A stretch of 64,000 nucleotides of DNA from Leptolyngbyaceae cyanobacterium (GTDB lineage: Bacteria > Cyanobacteriota > Cyanobacteriia > Phormidesmidales > Phormidesmidaceae). Position 1 is the first letter of the stretch. The number at the start of each line of letters is the position of its first letter. Made by a program: the position numbers and the translations under genes. This document shows positions 1-12,877 of the stretch, piece by piece. The stretch is taken from positions 3,232,001-3,296,000 of the forward strand of contig CBDHHL010000032.1 of NCBI GenBank assembly GCA_965263355.1, given 5' to 3'. The notes beneath the pieces are model-generated. The model was not told the DNA's origin. It made no database searches and saw only the letters and a program-made list of their open reading frames with translations.

Positions 1-219
1 CGTTAGTAGTGACCCCATGATAGTGTCAGCAATCCGTTTAGCTAAGCGGTTTTGGTTGCTAGGAATGAGCCCTGGTGTAAACGGTAGCTGTTGGCCCAAT
101 AGAAAAATAGGTCGATAGGGCCGAAATAGCATTTTGATGGCTAAATCATTGGTGAAATAACCGATAATGCCACCGGCAATCGGCGGCACAGCTAATAGGA
201 TGGGAGAAATCGCGTTCAT
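1..219 (-). CDS. DUF445 family membrane protein, N-terminal part (runs off the window)
   Basis: Manual translation from ATG at 219 gives [35 protein letters not shown], the typical DUF445 N-terminal motif; ATGA overlap with the menG stop. Confidence 0.85.
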   Translation of the reverse strand, partial: MNAISPILLAVPPIAGGIIGYFTNDLAIKMLFRPYRPIFLLGQQLPFTPGLIPSNQNRLAKRIADTIMGSLLT

Positions 220-923
220 TTTTGGGCCACAAGGACACCCATCATCCCACCAATGAGAGAGTAATGGATAGCCTGATGAAATCCTGCCTCTTTGGCCAGG
301 ATAATTTGCTTGCTGCCAATGGGAAAGCGATCCACGCTAGGACCTATATAAGCGTATTCCTCTGTCAGCCCACACCGTTCTGCTGTAGGTATGACAATGG
401 TATCCAAGTACCATTGTTGAAACTGTTTGACTAAGGCAGAGCGAGGGCGATGAAAATCTAAAATAGCTGCCTTGGCACCCGGTTTTAAGACCCTGTGGAG
501 TTCACTAAGACCTTTGGGAAGATTGATCAGGTTGCGGAGACCGTATCCCATGGTTAAGGCATCAAACTGATCTGCCTCAAATGGCAAATCCAGGGCATCG
601 GCTTCAATCCAGGTAGTCCAGCTACTATACCCTTTGTTAGCAGCGCGTTGAGCGGCGATCGCAAGTTGCTCTACTGCAAAATCTGTGCCAGTCACCTGAC
701 CCTGTGCACCTACTTGTCGGGCGAGTAAGAGCGCTAAATCGCCGCTACCGCAGCACACATCTAGCACGTTCATCCCTGGCTGCGCCCCTGCCCAATCCAC
801 TGCCATTTGTTTCCAAATCGTATGTAGCCCAAAGCTGAGCGCTTGATTTAAGTCATCGTAGACTGGTGCAATGCGGTCAAATAAGTCACGGATATAGTTG
901 GCGTCGGGGGGGGCCTGAGCCAT
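216..923 (-). CDS. menG: UbiE/MenG family quinone C-methyltransferase (demethylphylloquinol methyltransferase)
   Basis: [34 protein letters not shown] motif, GYGLRN, RVLKPG. Confidence 0.9.
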   Translation of the reverse strand: MAQAPPDANYIRDLFDRIAPVYDDLNQALSFGLHTIWKQMAVDWAGAQPGMNVLDVCCGSGDLALLLARQVGAQGQVTGTDFAVEQLAIAAQRAANKGYSSWTTWIEADALDLPFEADQFDALTMGYGLRNLINLPKGLSELHRVLKPGAKAAILDFHRPRSALVKQFQQWYLDTIVIPTAERCGLTEEYAYIGPSVDRFPIGSKQIILAKEAGFHQAIHYSLIGGMMGVLVAQK

Positions 924-1199
924 CAGTCTTTTCCTATGGCAAGGGTTAGGTCGCTACTGCAGTAAATTTACTGGGAACTAGAACCGATTTTTATCATATC
1001 TGCTGCTGGTAAGCTATCTGCTGCAGATTTTTGTGTAATTCCTAGTGCCGCGTCAACGCTAAAAATTAGGATTCTGCATTGATGAAGCGTACTAGCGTCA
1101 GCCATGTCTCCAGGGCAATAGGGTAAAGAGTTTCTCTTTATCCCGTTTGATTCTTCACTCTTTACTGGCGTCATCCTAAATTTTAGGCTTGATAACCCA

Positions 1200-2102
1200 C
1201 TAGGAATGACGTATCGCTATTAGTGCTTGAGCCAGTTGATTAGTCGCAATAGTGAGAATATTACTAACATCAGCCAGCGTGCGATAGGGATGCCCCCAGT
1301 GGAGAGAAACCACCGCTAAGAGTCGATCTTGGAAAACTATGGGTGCGACTAAATGGGCGTGGGTGTTGGTCGCCTCATAGAGTGTGTCGTTGATATTGCT
1401 CGCACTGGTATCTGGTAGAGTTTGCAAGGTACGAGTTGCCACCACAGCTTGTACCAATGGGTTACTGTCTAAACTCTGACCATTGAGGTTACCAAATGCA
1501 CCGATTGGACCGTCATCTAAACACTGGATGACACATAACTGAGCTGATAGTGTTTGTCCCCAGCCATCAGCAACAAACTGGATCGCCTCACTTTCTGATA
1601 TTTGAATATGGGCAAGTTCAGCTACCCGATGCATTAATTGCTGCTGTCGGTCAGATACATAGAGTGAATGGTGACTTTCCTTGAGCAACTCATAGCTATC
1701 TGCTGCTTTTTGCACGAGTTGTTTCAGGGTGTGAGGTTCCCAAGGCTTGGTAATATAACGGTAAACCTGACCGTTGTTAATCGCCTGAACCAAATCCGTA
1801 ACGTCTGTAAACCCAGTCAGGATAATGCGAACGGTGTCAGGAAAGTCGGGCACTGTTTTACTTAGGAATTCAGTGCCACTCATATCAGGCATGCGCTGGT
1901 CAGAAATGATGACCGCAACTTCGCCATCATCTTCTAAGACTTCCAGCGCTTTCATGCCGCTCTCAGCTCTCAGCACCTGATATTCGCGACGAAAGGTCCG
2001 ATATAGCAAATCTAAGTTGTCTGGCTCATCATCGACAACTAAAAGACGAGGCTTTCGCCTGGTCAAAACTTGAGCTGCATTTAAAGGACTAACTGTATTC
2101 AT
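1200..2102 (-). CDS. Response regulator with receiver domain and C-terminal GAF domain
   Basis: LLVVDDEPDN, IISDQRMP (phosphoacceptor Asp), YITKPW; C-terminal HLVAPIVFQDRLLAVVSLH GAF-like; ATG at 2102 chosen over the longer ORF start at 2168. Confidence 0.85.
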   Translation of the reverse strand: MNTVSPLNAAQVLTRRKPRLLVVDDEPDNLDLLYRTFRREYQVLRAESGMKALEVLEDDGEVAVIISDQRMPDMSGTEFLSKTVPDFPDTVRIILTGFTDVTDLVQAINNGQVYRYITKPWEPHTLKQLVQKAADSYELLKESHHSLYVSDRQQQLMHRVAELAHIQISESEAIQFVADGWGQTLSAQLCVIQCLDDGPIGAFGNLNGQSLDSNPLVQAVVATRTLQTLPDTSASNINDTLYEATNTHAHLVAPIVFQDRLLAVVSLHWGHPYRTLADVSNILTIATNQLAQALIAIRHS

Positions 2103-2301
2103 AATCGGTTGGAATACACAGAACAGAGGTTGTCCATGGGATGTTGGATATCCATGGTGACCACACAAGACTGCATTTGACTGATGTTATTAGTAAACCC
2201 AGGTGTATGGAAGAGTAACGATTGATTGGGACGATCGGTTTGGCGATGCAATATACCTGAACTATATAAGATTTAACTCAACTTAGGCTCGATACAATAG
2301 A

Positions 2302-2685
2302 ATGGCTGAGTATAAAAAACAAAAGATGTTACAGTCAGTGCTGCATGCCGCGATTAACGTTTCTAATTTGGAAGCAGCAGAGCATTTCTACGGTACCGTT
2401 CTAGGGCTGCCCAAGGTTGAGCGACCTCTTAAATTTGCTGGAACCTGGTATCAATTAGGTACCTTCCAATTGCATCTAATTGAAGCTGAGCATCAGCATA
2501 TAGGGCCATCCCCCCAGGAAAAGTGGGGTCGACGAACCCATTTAGCATTTGCGATCGCAGATTTGGAGCTTGTCAAACAGACATTGACCATAGCCAATGT
2601 GCCAATCCAAGCAAGTTCCTCGGGACGTGCTGCCATATTTATTCAAGATCCAGATGGTTATGTGATTGAATTGAGCCAACTTTAA
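2302..2685 (+). CDS. VOC/glyoxalase family protein
   Basis: HAAINVSNLEAAEHFYGTVLGL, HLAFAI, DPDGYVIEL. Confidence 0.9.
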   Translation: MAEYKKQKMLQSVLHAAINVSNLEAAEHFYGTVLGLPKVERPLKFAGTWYQLGTFQLHLIEAEHQHIGPSPQEKWGRRTHLAFAIADLELVKQTLTIANVPIQASSSGRAAIFIQDPDGYVIELSQL

Positions 2686-2762
2686 TAAAGATATCAAATC
2701 AAACTGCCTCAGCATTGACGTTGGCAAAAGGTTCATGATTGGGCATGGTAGCGTAAAGATGG

Positions 2763-3740
2763 ATGTGTACTCTTAGTCTTATTCCTTTTCTTTGGGGGCT
2801 ATCCGTGAAGGTTGCTATTTTAGGATTGCCGCTTTTGTTAGCAGGGGTGCTCTTCATCGAGTTAGCTCTAAGGTTGCTATTTGGATTTGGTAATCCTCCC
2901 CTTTATATTGCTGATGAAACCATTGGATATCTTTTAGCACCTAATCAGCGAGTGCGTCGTTTTGGTAATTTAATTGCCATCAATCAATATTCAATGCGTG
3001 CTGATGAGCTTGAGAAATCTCGACCGTCGAACACCTTACGAGTACTGCTTATTGGTGACTCGATTGTCAATGGAAATTGGTGGACCGATCAATCTGCTTT
3101 ATTGTCGGTAATGCTTGAGCAAGTCCTTTTGAAACATGGCACTATCCAGGCTGCTGAAGTCCTTAATGCGTCGGCCAATTCTTGGGGACCTCGCAACGAG
3201 CTAGCTTATCTACAAAAATTTGGCATTTTTGACTCCCAAATTGTCATGTTAGTTATTAACACGGATGATTTATTTGGAGTGAAACCTAATTCACTTCAGG
3301 TGGGTAAAGACCGGAGTTACCCTGATAAGAAACCATTATTTGCCATTTTAGAACTCTCTAATCGCTTTCAAAAACAACAACCTATTGCCGGTCTAAAGGA
3401 GATTCAAAATGAGAAAGGTGACCGTATTGGGAAAAATTTAATGGCAATTGCTGACATCAAGCAATACGTCGATGCCCATGATGGTCTGTTGTTGTTAGCC
3501 ATGACGCCACTCAAACGAGAGGTGATCAATGGGCCGCGAGACTATGAGATGGCTGCACGTCAGCGGGTTGATGAATTTGTTACTCAACAACAAATTCCCT
3601 ATGTAGATTTTTTATCATCCTTTCAAGCTACGCCAGTACCCGATAGCCTTTATCGCGATCATATTCATCTCAGTCCTAATGGTAGTACCTTGGTAGTCCA
3701 ATCCTTAAATGAGTTAATTCTAAAAGCCCTGCCTGATTGA
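2763..3740 (+). CDS. SGNH/GDSL hydrolase family protein with N-terminal membrane anchor
   Basis: LLIGDS block I, DHIHLS block V, hydrophobic N-terminus. Confidence 0.85.
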   Translation: MCTLSLIPFLWGLSVKVAILGLPLLLAGVLFIELALRLLFGFGNPPLYIADETIGYLLAPNQRVRRFGNLIAINQYSMRADELEKSRPSNTLRVLLIGDSIVNGNWWTDQSALLSVMLEQVLLKHGTIQAAEVLNASANSWGPRNELAYLQKFGIFDSQIVMLVINTDDLFGVKPNSLQVGKDRSYPDKKPLFAILELSNRFQKQQPIAGLKEIQNEKGDRIGKNLMAIADIKQYVDAHDGLLLLAMTPLKREVINGPRDYEMAARQRVDEFVTQQQIPYVDFLSSFQATPVPDSLYRDHIHLSPNGSTLVVQSLNELILKALPD

Positions 3741-3782
3741 GATCGTTGTTTCCCCTGAGCAGGGGTGTGGTAATATCAACCA

Positions 3783-3865
3783 CACAGCTAGGGGTGCCCG
3801 CATAGCAGGCTGAGATTATACCCTCGGAACCTGAGTCTGGATAATGCCAGCGTAGGGAAGCAGCC
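3783..3865 (+). ncRNA. TPP (thi-box) riboswitch
   Basis: AGGGGTGC...GGCTGAGA..ATACCC..GAACCTGA..TGGATAATGCCAGCGTAGGGAAG matches the TPP consensus; lies upstream of a transporter and thiC. Confidence 0.95.
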
Positions 3866-3982
3866 GATTTGATTGACTGTGTATTGCCAAGCGCATCCGT
3901 GGGCAAGTCAAAGGAGAGTTCTGTAATCTACAGACAATGCTCATTGCTCCTAGTGTTTTGCCTAACAAGATGAGGAAGGACT

Positions 3983-6930
<2,948 letters not shown>

Positions 6931-6975
6931 TAACACATCACTCCGATTATGGTTTGATTAGAGTTAGACGTGAGA

Positions 6976-7004
6976 AGAGACAGGTTTAGGATAGGCCTGT
7001 CTCT
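6976..7004. terminator. Hairpin between convergent genes (probable terminator)
   Basis: AGAGACAGG...CCTGTCTCT inverted repeat. Confidence 0.65.
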
Positions 7005-7022
7005 GTTGTTGTATCTAGCTAG

Positions 7023-7391
7023 CTAAAGCAGGTGGTTTAATAGCAGTAGAGCACTGAGGACCAGGGTTAGAGCGACTAACCATTGCCAGGGTTGATCTAG
7101 ATTGCGTAAGAAACGTCCCCACTGTTTATAAAATTTAACCAAGTCTGCATAGAGATTGTCCTGGGGAGGGTGAGTAGAGGGAGGCCCTGCGTCGTTAGGA
7201 GGGTTAGCGGGAACCTCTCTATGTGGGGGACATAGAGGTTCCTGACCTCGAGGGAATGGTGCAGAACCATATGGGCTCAGTGGGCGACGTAGAGATGTAA
7301 TCGGCGCAAAGTTGCCACGATATTGTTGTGTCGCCGCCCGTCCCCGTAGGGGCGGTTTTACCCTCGATGTACGATGGGGTAAACGAGTCAT
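7023..7391 (-). CDS. Hypothetical Pro-rich protein with C-terminal TM helix
   Basis: ATGA overlap with the haloperoxidase stop; C-terminal WLVALTLVLSALLLL. Confidence 0.5.
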   Translation of the reverse strand: MTRLPHRTSRVKPPLRGRAATQQYRGNFAPITSLRRPLSPYGSAPFPRGQEPLCPPHREVPANPPNDAGPPSTHPPQDNLYADLVKFYKQWGRFLRNLDQPWQWLVALTLVLSALLLLNHLL

Positions 7392-9349
7392 CGGCGACCA
7401 ATCCTTACAACTTCACCATCAAACGTGGGTACAGAGAGTACAAAGGGATCGGTGGAGTAGGTCAGTGCCTGCTCTTCGAGAATACCCAGGGCAATTTCTT
7501 CACCCATGCGTAGACTGTCGAAGTAGTCACTAAAGTAATGAACACCCGCCATATCGCGACCAATGGAAATGTTGGCAGCGAGTTTATTGAGTTCACCTTC
7601 TAGGGTGAGGAATTTATCAGATTCCTCATCTTTTATTTCCTCTGCGATTAGCTTGGTGATGATGGTGTGAGTATCAGTAACCTGAGGAGCACGGAAGAGA
7701 ACAGCTTGATCCCCATGGGCTAACCGCTTAAAGGCAATCTTTTTGTCACCAGATTCCTCATCCTCGTATTTGACCAGGACAGCATTGGTGTCAAAGAAAG
7801 CCTTCAAGATGGTGACACAAGCCCCAGCAACGGTTGCATGACCTGCACCATAGGCCGGGTGCATTGGCGATCCCTCAGGAAAGGCCATAGGCAATAGATA
7901 GGTGCCGCCCTCATCAGGGTTATCGGCATTAGCCTTTTGAGTTAATTGACAAATCTTATCAAGGGTACCGTTTGCCTTTAGCTCCTCAGAAAACTTACCC
8001 ATGATATTGAGCAGTTGTGGAGAAACCTCTTTCTTGGCAATCTCACTTAATCCATCAAAGCGTCTTACCAGTTCAATTCGGGCAGCTAGTGCCTCTGGAC
8101 GTAGCCGAATATGGCTGTTGAACTTTTGAAAACGAACGGCTTTAAGTGCTCGGGTGGCAACCTCAGTCACGAGATTAAGAATGTGAGGGCCACCATATAG
8201 AGCAAAGCCACCTGCATTCCGTCTTGTTTTCACATCGCCTGCGGCTGCCCCCACACCAGATAGATGATCAAATGCAGGATCAAAGGGGGTGCCCATACCT
8301 AGAAGAATGATGCAAGCATTGAGGTACGCCTCGTAAAGTGCATCATAGTGAACATAGGTTGCCAGGTCGCGGGGGGTGGAAATAAAGCGACGGGCTGCCC
8401 GTGCTTTGCCAGTGTCTTTCTCCTCGGGCTTATAGCTCTCTGGACTGGGGCGAAGACCTCTCTGAGTGGCTACATAGGACTTCATGTCAGTCATGTAGTC
8501 TACACAGGGCGTGGCAATAGGAACTCGCTGATCAATTTCTAGAACACCGTAGGTAATCTTGCCATCGGCAACGTGGCCACCACCATTCACATCGGTATTA
8601 CCAATGAGTAGAAACTGAGAGAGGTAGGGACCCACTTCCACACCGGGGGATGAGCCGCGAAAGAGTGTTTGGGCATCAAATTCGGAATTAGCATTCACCT
8701 TACGGGGACGACCGGTTTGATTGCTGACGTAGCTAAGGTTGTTGAGACGGTCGATTGCATCTTTAACTTCTGGGGTGGAGTGTCCGTTTTCGAAAGCATT
8801 TAGGGGCTGATCCCTTAAAATCGCTAGCTCATAAACCTCTGCCATTTCCAAAACAAGCTCTGGATTGACATTGCCTGTTTCGTTCAACAGGGGTGGCGCA
8901 GGCGGCATAGTAACCGCTTGAGGGTCTGGTCCCTGCAGCTCAAAAACAATTCCTGCAGTAGGGGCTTCCCACTGTCGGAAGTTTTTACTAAGTTCGACGT
9001 TTTCTGTGTTTATAAAATCTATAGGGTCAACCTTAAAGCCTACAGGGTCAGGCTTATCGTCTGCCTTGACCTCATTAACCTTAAATTTTGCTCCATGGCG
9101 CACTCGATCACTAAATGGGTCAATAAAACCATCATCAATAGAGCGACGAAACTCTACAAAATCTTGTGGATCTTGAATTAACCCAGTCTCTTCGTTATGG
9201 GGTAGCCCCTTAGTGAAAGACATAAAATACTTAGAGTCAGCGTAACGCTGTTCGTCTCCATTTGCTAGATGGGTGGGGTACTCGCGGCTTCTGGCAAGTT
9301 CTGCGGCTTCTAGACGAACTGCATAGGACTCTTGGCGACGATCTGACAT
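7388..9349 (-). CDS. Vanadium-dependent haloperoxidase (bromoperoxidase type)
   Basis: Vanadate motifs RFQKFNSHIRLRPEA, PEGSPMHPAYGAGHAT, GELNKLAANISIGRDMAGVHYFSD; GGAG RBS before ATG 9349. Confidence 0.92.
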   Translation of the reverse strand: MSDRRQESYAVRLEAAELARSREYPTHLANGDEQRYADSKYFMSFTKGLPHNEETGLIQDPQDFVEFRRSIDDGFIDPFSDRVRHGAKFKVNEVKADDKPDPVGFKVDPIDFINTENVELSKNFRQWEAPTAGIVFELQGPDPQAVTMPPAPPLLNETGNVNPELVLEMAEVYELAILRDQPLNAFENGHSTPEVKDAIDRLNNLSYVSNQTGRPRKVNANSEFDAQTLFRGSSPGVEVGPYLSQFLLIGNTDVNGGGHVADGKITYGVLEIDQRVPIATPCVDYMTDMKSYVATQRGLRPSPESYKPEEKDTGKARAARRFISTPRDLATYVHYDALYEAYLNACIILLGMGTPFDPAFDHLSGVGAAAGDVKTRRNAGGFALYGGPHILNLVTEVATRALKAVRFQKFNSHIRLRPEALAARIELVRRFDGLSEIAKKEVSPQLLNIMGKFSEELKANGTLDKICQLTQKANADNPDEGGTYLLPMAFPEGSPMHPAYGAGHATVAGACVTILKAFFDTNAVLVKYEDEESGDKKIAFKRLAHGDQAVLFRAPQVTDTHTIITKLIAEEIKDEESDKFLTLEGELNKLAANISIGRDMAGVHYFSDYFDSLRMGEEIALGILEEQALTYSTDPFVLSVPTFDGEVVRIGRR

Positions 9350-9490
9350 AAGAATCTCCCTACAAAAAACGGTAGGATGTTTCCAACCTTGGAACATCCA
9401 CAACTTAATAACAGAGGTGTGTGATTCAAATGTAAGAGCTGCAATTAAGATCGCCAGTACCCTGTAGGGTGATTTAAATTACCTCAAGGG

Positions 9491-10087
9491 CTATTTAAGC
9501 CCTTGCCAGCGAGCTTGGATGTCACTGATTGTGTAGACTGCCTTGAAGTCAATACCTTCTTTGGCATAGTACTCTGCGCCTCCCTGCTGACGATCAACCA
9601 GGGAAATAACTTGGTTGACTGTGTAGCCTGCGGCCCGCAGACGAACGATAGCTTTCATTGCAGACTGGCCAGTAGTGACGACATCTTCCAAAATCACTAC
9701 GTTGCTGTTGTCTGGTAAGGTAGGACCTTCTATGTAAGCACCCGTGCCATGACCCTTGGCTTCTTTGCGAACAATTAGAGGTGTGATAGAACGACCCTCG
9801 TACGCGGCGACAACGCTCACGGCTGTGACAATTGGGTCTGCACCTAAGGTGAGTCCGCCAACTCCTACAACGCTATCATCCAAATAGTTAAGCAGTACTT
9901 GACCTACCATCTGTCCCCCTTGGGGATGGAGAGTAACAAGTTTGCCATTGATGTAATAAGTGCTCTGCTGCCCAGATGACAGGACAAAATTGCCTTCCTT
10001 GTAAGCGTCGGTGCAAATTAAATCCAGTAACTGTTGTTTAACGATAGCTAGGTCAGCGGACATAGGAGCCATAGTAGTCGAGAACAA
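9491..10087 (-). CDS. pyrE: Orotate phosphoribosyltransferase
   Basis: FVLSSGQQSTYYI, VRKEAKGHGT, VVILEDVVTTGQS. Confidence 0.95.
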   Translation of the reverse strand: MFSTTMAPMSADLAIVKQQLLDLICTDAYKEGNFVLSSGQQSTYYINGKLVTLHPQGGQMVGQVLLNYLDDSVVGVGGLTLGADPIVTAVSVVAAYEGRSITPLIVRKEAKGHGTGAYIEGPTLPDNSNVVILEDVVTTGQSAMKAIVRLRAAGYTVNQVISLVDRQQGGAEYYAKEGIDFKAVYTISDIQARWQGLK

Positions 10088-10301
10088 TAAATTAGTGGGT
10101 ACTTTGGAAAAGTGTTAGCTAATAATTTTGAATTATGTAGTTCAAAAATGTTGCAAAAGTTAGTAAAACAGATAAGATAGAAGCCAGTTTTTGTTAGTAG
10201 CTAAGCTTTAATTTTTAGCGGATTTATATTAACTGCTGGATATTGCTTAGTTAGTGTATCGATTTTTATGAACCGGGGTACTATATGCCCCAAATTGTGA
10301 G

Positions 10302-10739
10302 GTGAAGCCCATCATGAAACTCAAGGGATTAGTACTCGGCACAGCGGTTGCGATCGCAGCTATATCAACAGTGGCAGCCCGTGCCAACGCTCAGAATGCC
10401 ACATTTACCGAACCCACCGTGCTGGAAACGATGGATGACATTGTTACTCGTCACAGTGGCAACTATGACAAAGACCGTAACAATTTTCGTCAAATAGCTC
10501 ACTACTTTGGTATCGGCTTACCGAGTTCTTACCCTGAGCTTGAACTGGATCGTAATGGTCGGGGAGTTCTAGAAGCTTACAATGAACTGATGTTCCTCCA
10601 AACCCGTAACACCCCAGTATTACGGGTGCCTGATTTAGCTAATCCTTACTCAACCTCATTGCAAATGTTACCTGGGGCTCAATCCCGTGGTCGCGTTGTG
10701 GGCACTGAGCTTAACTTTGAACCGCTACCAAGACGCTAA
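10302..10739 (+). CDS. Hypothetical secreted protein
   Basis: Signal peptide ending ARANA; LRVPDLANPYSTSL segment. Confidence 0.7.
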   Translation: MKPIMKLKGLVLGTAVAIAAISTVAARANAQNATFTEPTVLETMDDIVTRHSGNYDKDRNNFRQIAHYFGIGLPSSYPELELDRNGRGVLEAYNELMFLQTRNTPVLRVPDLANPYSTSLQMLPGAQSRGRVVGTELNFEPLPRR

Positions 10740-10744
10740 AACTA

Positions 10745-10775
10745 AATCCCCGGAGACTCAAGGAATCCGGGGATT
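10745..10775. terminator. Hairpin between convergent CDS and tRNA
   Basis: AATCCCCGGA...TCCGGGGATT. Confidence 0.7.
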
Positions 10776-10777
10776 AA

Positions 10778-10850
10778 TCCAGGGTGCAGGAATCGAACCT
10801 GCCTGAGGCGAATTATGAGTTCGCTGCCTAATCCGCTCGGCCAACCCTGG
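10778..10850 (-). tRNA. tRNA with CAT anticodon, probably tRNA-Ile2 (lysidine type) rather than Met
   Basis: Reverse complement CCAGGGTTGGCCGAGCGG..AGGCAGCGAACT-CAT-AATTCGC..CAGGTTCGATTCCTGCACCCTGGA folds as a cloverleaf; CCA not encoded. Confidence 0.92.
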
Positions 10851-10939
10851 TTGAATGGCAGTAGAGCTACTAGACTCGTTATATCATAGCCAACTATCCA
10901 AAGTAGATGAGCAATAGTTTTTGATATATTTTAGATAAA

Positions 10940-11284
10940 GTGTGCTTTTCTAAGGGTACACTTCTACCTGTTAATATTCCGTCAAGTCCTCTTGTTGCTC
11001 CGGTAGATTTTTCCCTCACACCTATGAGAGTTAATCCAGCAATTGCATTTACATTGATACTGCTGGCAGCCATGTTTGGCTCAGGGATTGTTAGCGCATC
11101 TTGGGGCTATTCACTGGGACGGCAGGCCCTTACCGGTATTCGCCAACCAGAAACTCGACCTGCTAGCGCCTCAACGGCTAGTCGAAGTACCACTCAAACG
11201 AGTGACTTTGTCCTCTTAAAAGAGGACGATATTCTCAAGAATGTCAAGGCTCGGATCGAAGGTGGTTTGGATACTGCTGAGTAG
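10940..11284 (+). CDS. Hypothetical single-TM protein
   Basis: TM segment followed by WGYSLGRQALTGIRQP; true start is probably the internal MRVNP. Confidence 0.7.
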   Translation: MCFSKGTLLPVNIPSSPLVAPVDFSLTPMRVNPAIAFTLILLAAMFGSGIVSASWGYSLGRQALTGIRQPETRPASASTASRSTTQTSDFVLLKEDDILKNVKARIEGGLDTAE

Positions 11285-11326
11285 TTGGACGATGCAGCAA
11301 CTATATAAACCTAGCCCCTTAGGGGT

Positions 11327-12721
11327 TTGGCAATGGCTGGGCAGGATTTAGTGAGTAACGGTGGGTTACCAATTAGTGCTGCAGGTGTTGTGGTCCGTCT
11401 GCTTGTTATCGGAGCATTGATTGTCCTCAATGCCTTTTTTGTGGCAGCTGAATTTTCGATTGTATCGGTACGACGTTCTCGCATTAATCAGCTGGCTTCA
11501 GTCGGAGATGTACAAGCTCAAACCGTACAGAGTTTGCAGCAAAGTATTGATCGTCTGCTACCCACTACTCAAATTGGAATTACATTGGCTAGTCTGGCCC
11601 TAGGCTGGATTGGGGAAGATACCCTTGCCCTACTTTTACATCACTGGTTACGGCGGCTACCGATTCCTGTTTCAGTGTTGTCCCATGGCGTCGCCTTGAT
11701 CATTGCGTTTTGGAGCCTTGCCTATTTGCAAATTGTTCTGGGGGAACTACTCCCTAAATCTTTGGCGTTAAGCTATTCAGAACAAACATCTCGTTTATTA
11801 GGGCCAGTTAGTTTGACGGTGGCTCGCTTATTTTCACCCGTTGTGTGGATACTAAATCTTTCTACTCAAGGATTACTAAGTCTGGTTGGGTTACAGGAGC
11901 GGCGTCAATCAGATAGTCAACTGACTTCGGATGAACTGCAGATGATCATTAGTACCCCGACCGCTGTGCTCGACTTGGACCAGGAAGAGCGAGAAATTCT
12001 CAATAATGTCTTTGAGACGAGGGACTTTACCGTAGAAGACATTATGGTGCCACGGACACAAATTGTGGCCTTGGAGGACACAGCTACCTGGCAGGATTTG
12101 TTAAACATTGTGGTTGAGACTGGCTATTCTCAGTTCCCATTGCTGGGTGACTCCCTTGATAGTATTAGTGGCATTCTTGACTTTAAGGCGATGGCCGAAC
12201 CCTTGGCTAAAGGGCAGTTGACCGTTACGACACCAGTGAGTCCTTGGATGAAAGAAGCACGCGTTGTACCTACGGATGTGCCTCTGAGCGATTTGCTGAG
12301 TCGTATGCAACGGTCGAACAATTCCATGATGATCGTGGTCGATAACTATGGTGGCACAGCTGGTTTGGTGACTTGGTCAGATGTGACGTCTGAGCTAATT
12401 GGGGACGAGGATGAAAATATTCCAGGGGATATCGCTTATTTAGATGACTATTCGGTCTTGGTTCCAGCTCAAATGGAAATTGATGTGGTGAACAAGCAGT
12501 TTGCCTTGGCATTGCCAGCTACAGATGACTACCAAACCCTGGCGGGATTTGTTATTCACTCTCTGCAGAAAATTCCTGCAGCTGGTGAGCAGCTTGCTTA
12601 TAGTGATGATTTGGTCTTTACGGTAAAGACTGTCAAAGGGCCTAAACTGGAGCAAATTCAAATTACACGCCATCAGGTGCCTCTACGCTATCGACTGCCC
12701 CACAGACAACCAGGAAACTGA
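11327..12721 (+). CDS. Hemolysin/CNNM (CorB/TlyC) family protein with CBS and CorC domains
   Basis: NAFFVAAEFSIV, QIGITLASLALGW, GELLPKSLA, IMVPRT, VVDNYGGTAG, TLAGFV. Confidence 0.92.
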   Translation: MAMAGQDLVSNGGLPISAAGVVVRLLVIGALIVLNAFFVAAEFSIVSVRRSRINQLASVGDVQAQTVQSLQQSIDRLLPTTQIGITLASLALGWIGEDTLALLLHHWLRRLPIPVSVLSHGVALIIAFWSLAYLQIVLGELLPKSLALSYSEQTSRLLGPVSLTVARLFSPVVWILNLSTQGLLSLVGLQERRQSDSQLTSDELQMIISTPTAVLDLDQEEREILNNVFETRDFTVEDIMVPRTQIVALEDTATWQDLLNIVVETGYSQFPLLGDSLDSISGILDFKAMAEPLAKGQLTVTTPVSPWMKEARVVPTDVPLSDLLSRMQRSNNSMMIVVDNYGGTAGLVTWSDVTSELIGDEDENIPGDIAYLDDYSVLVPAQMEIDVVNKQFALALPATDDYQTLAGFVIHSLQKIPAAGEQLAYSDDLVFTVKTVKGPKLEQIQITRHQVPLRYRLPHRQPGN

Positions 12722-12877
12722 CACAACGTTAGCGGTTGATAATCCTCGACTTAGGCACAATTCTGAATAAGAAAAGCATTTCGCCAATATGCAACCAAAG
12801 AACTAAGGACTGCTGTGGTAATATCTGGTTGACTTTAAGGAACGTAAAGTCATTCTGGGAGCGAATAGCTCTCTGGT

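Noticed and set aside
968..1174. 68-aa ORF between menG and the response regulator
   Set aside because: No recognisable motif; may be intergenic
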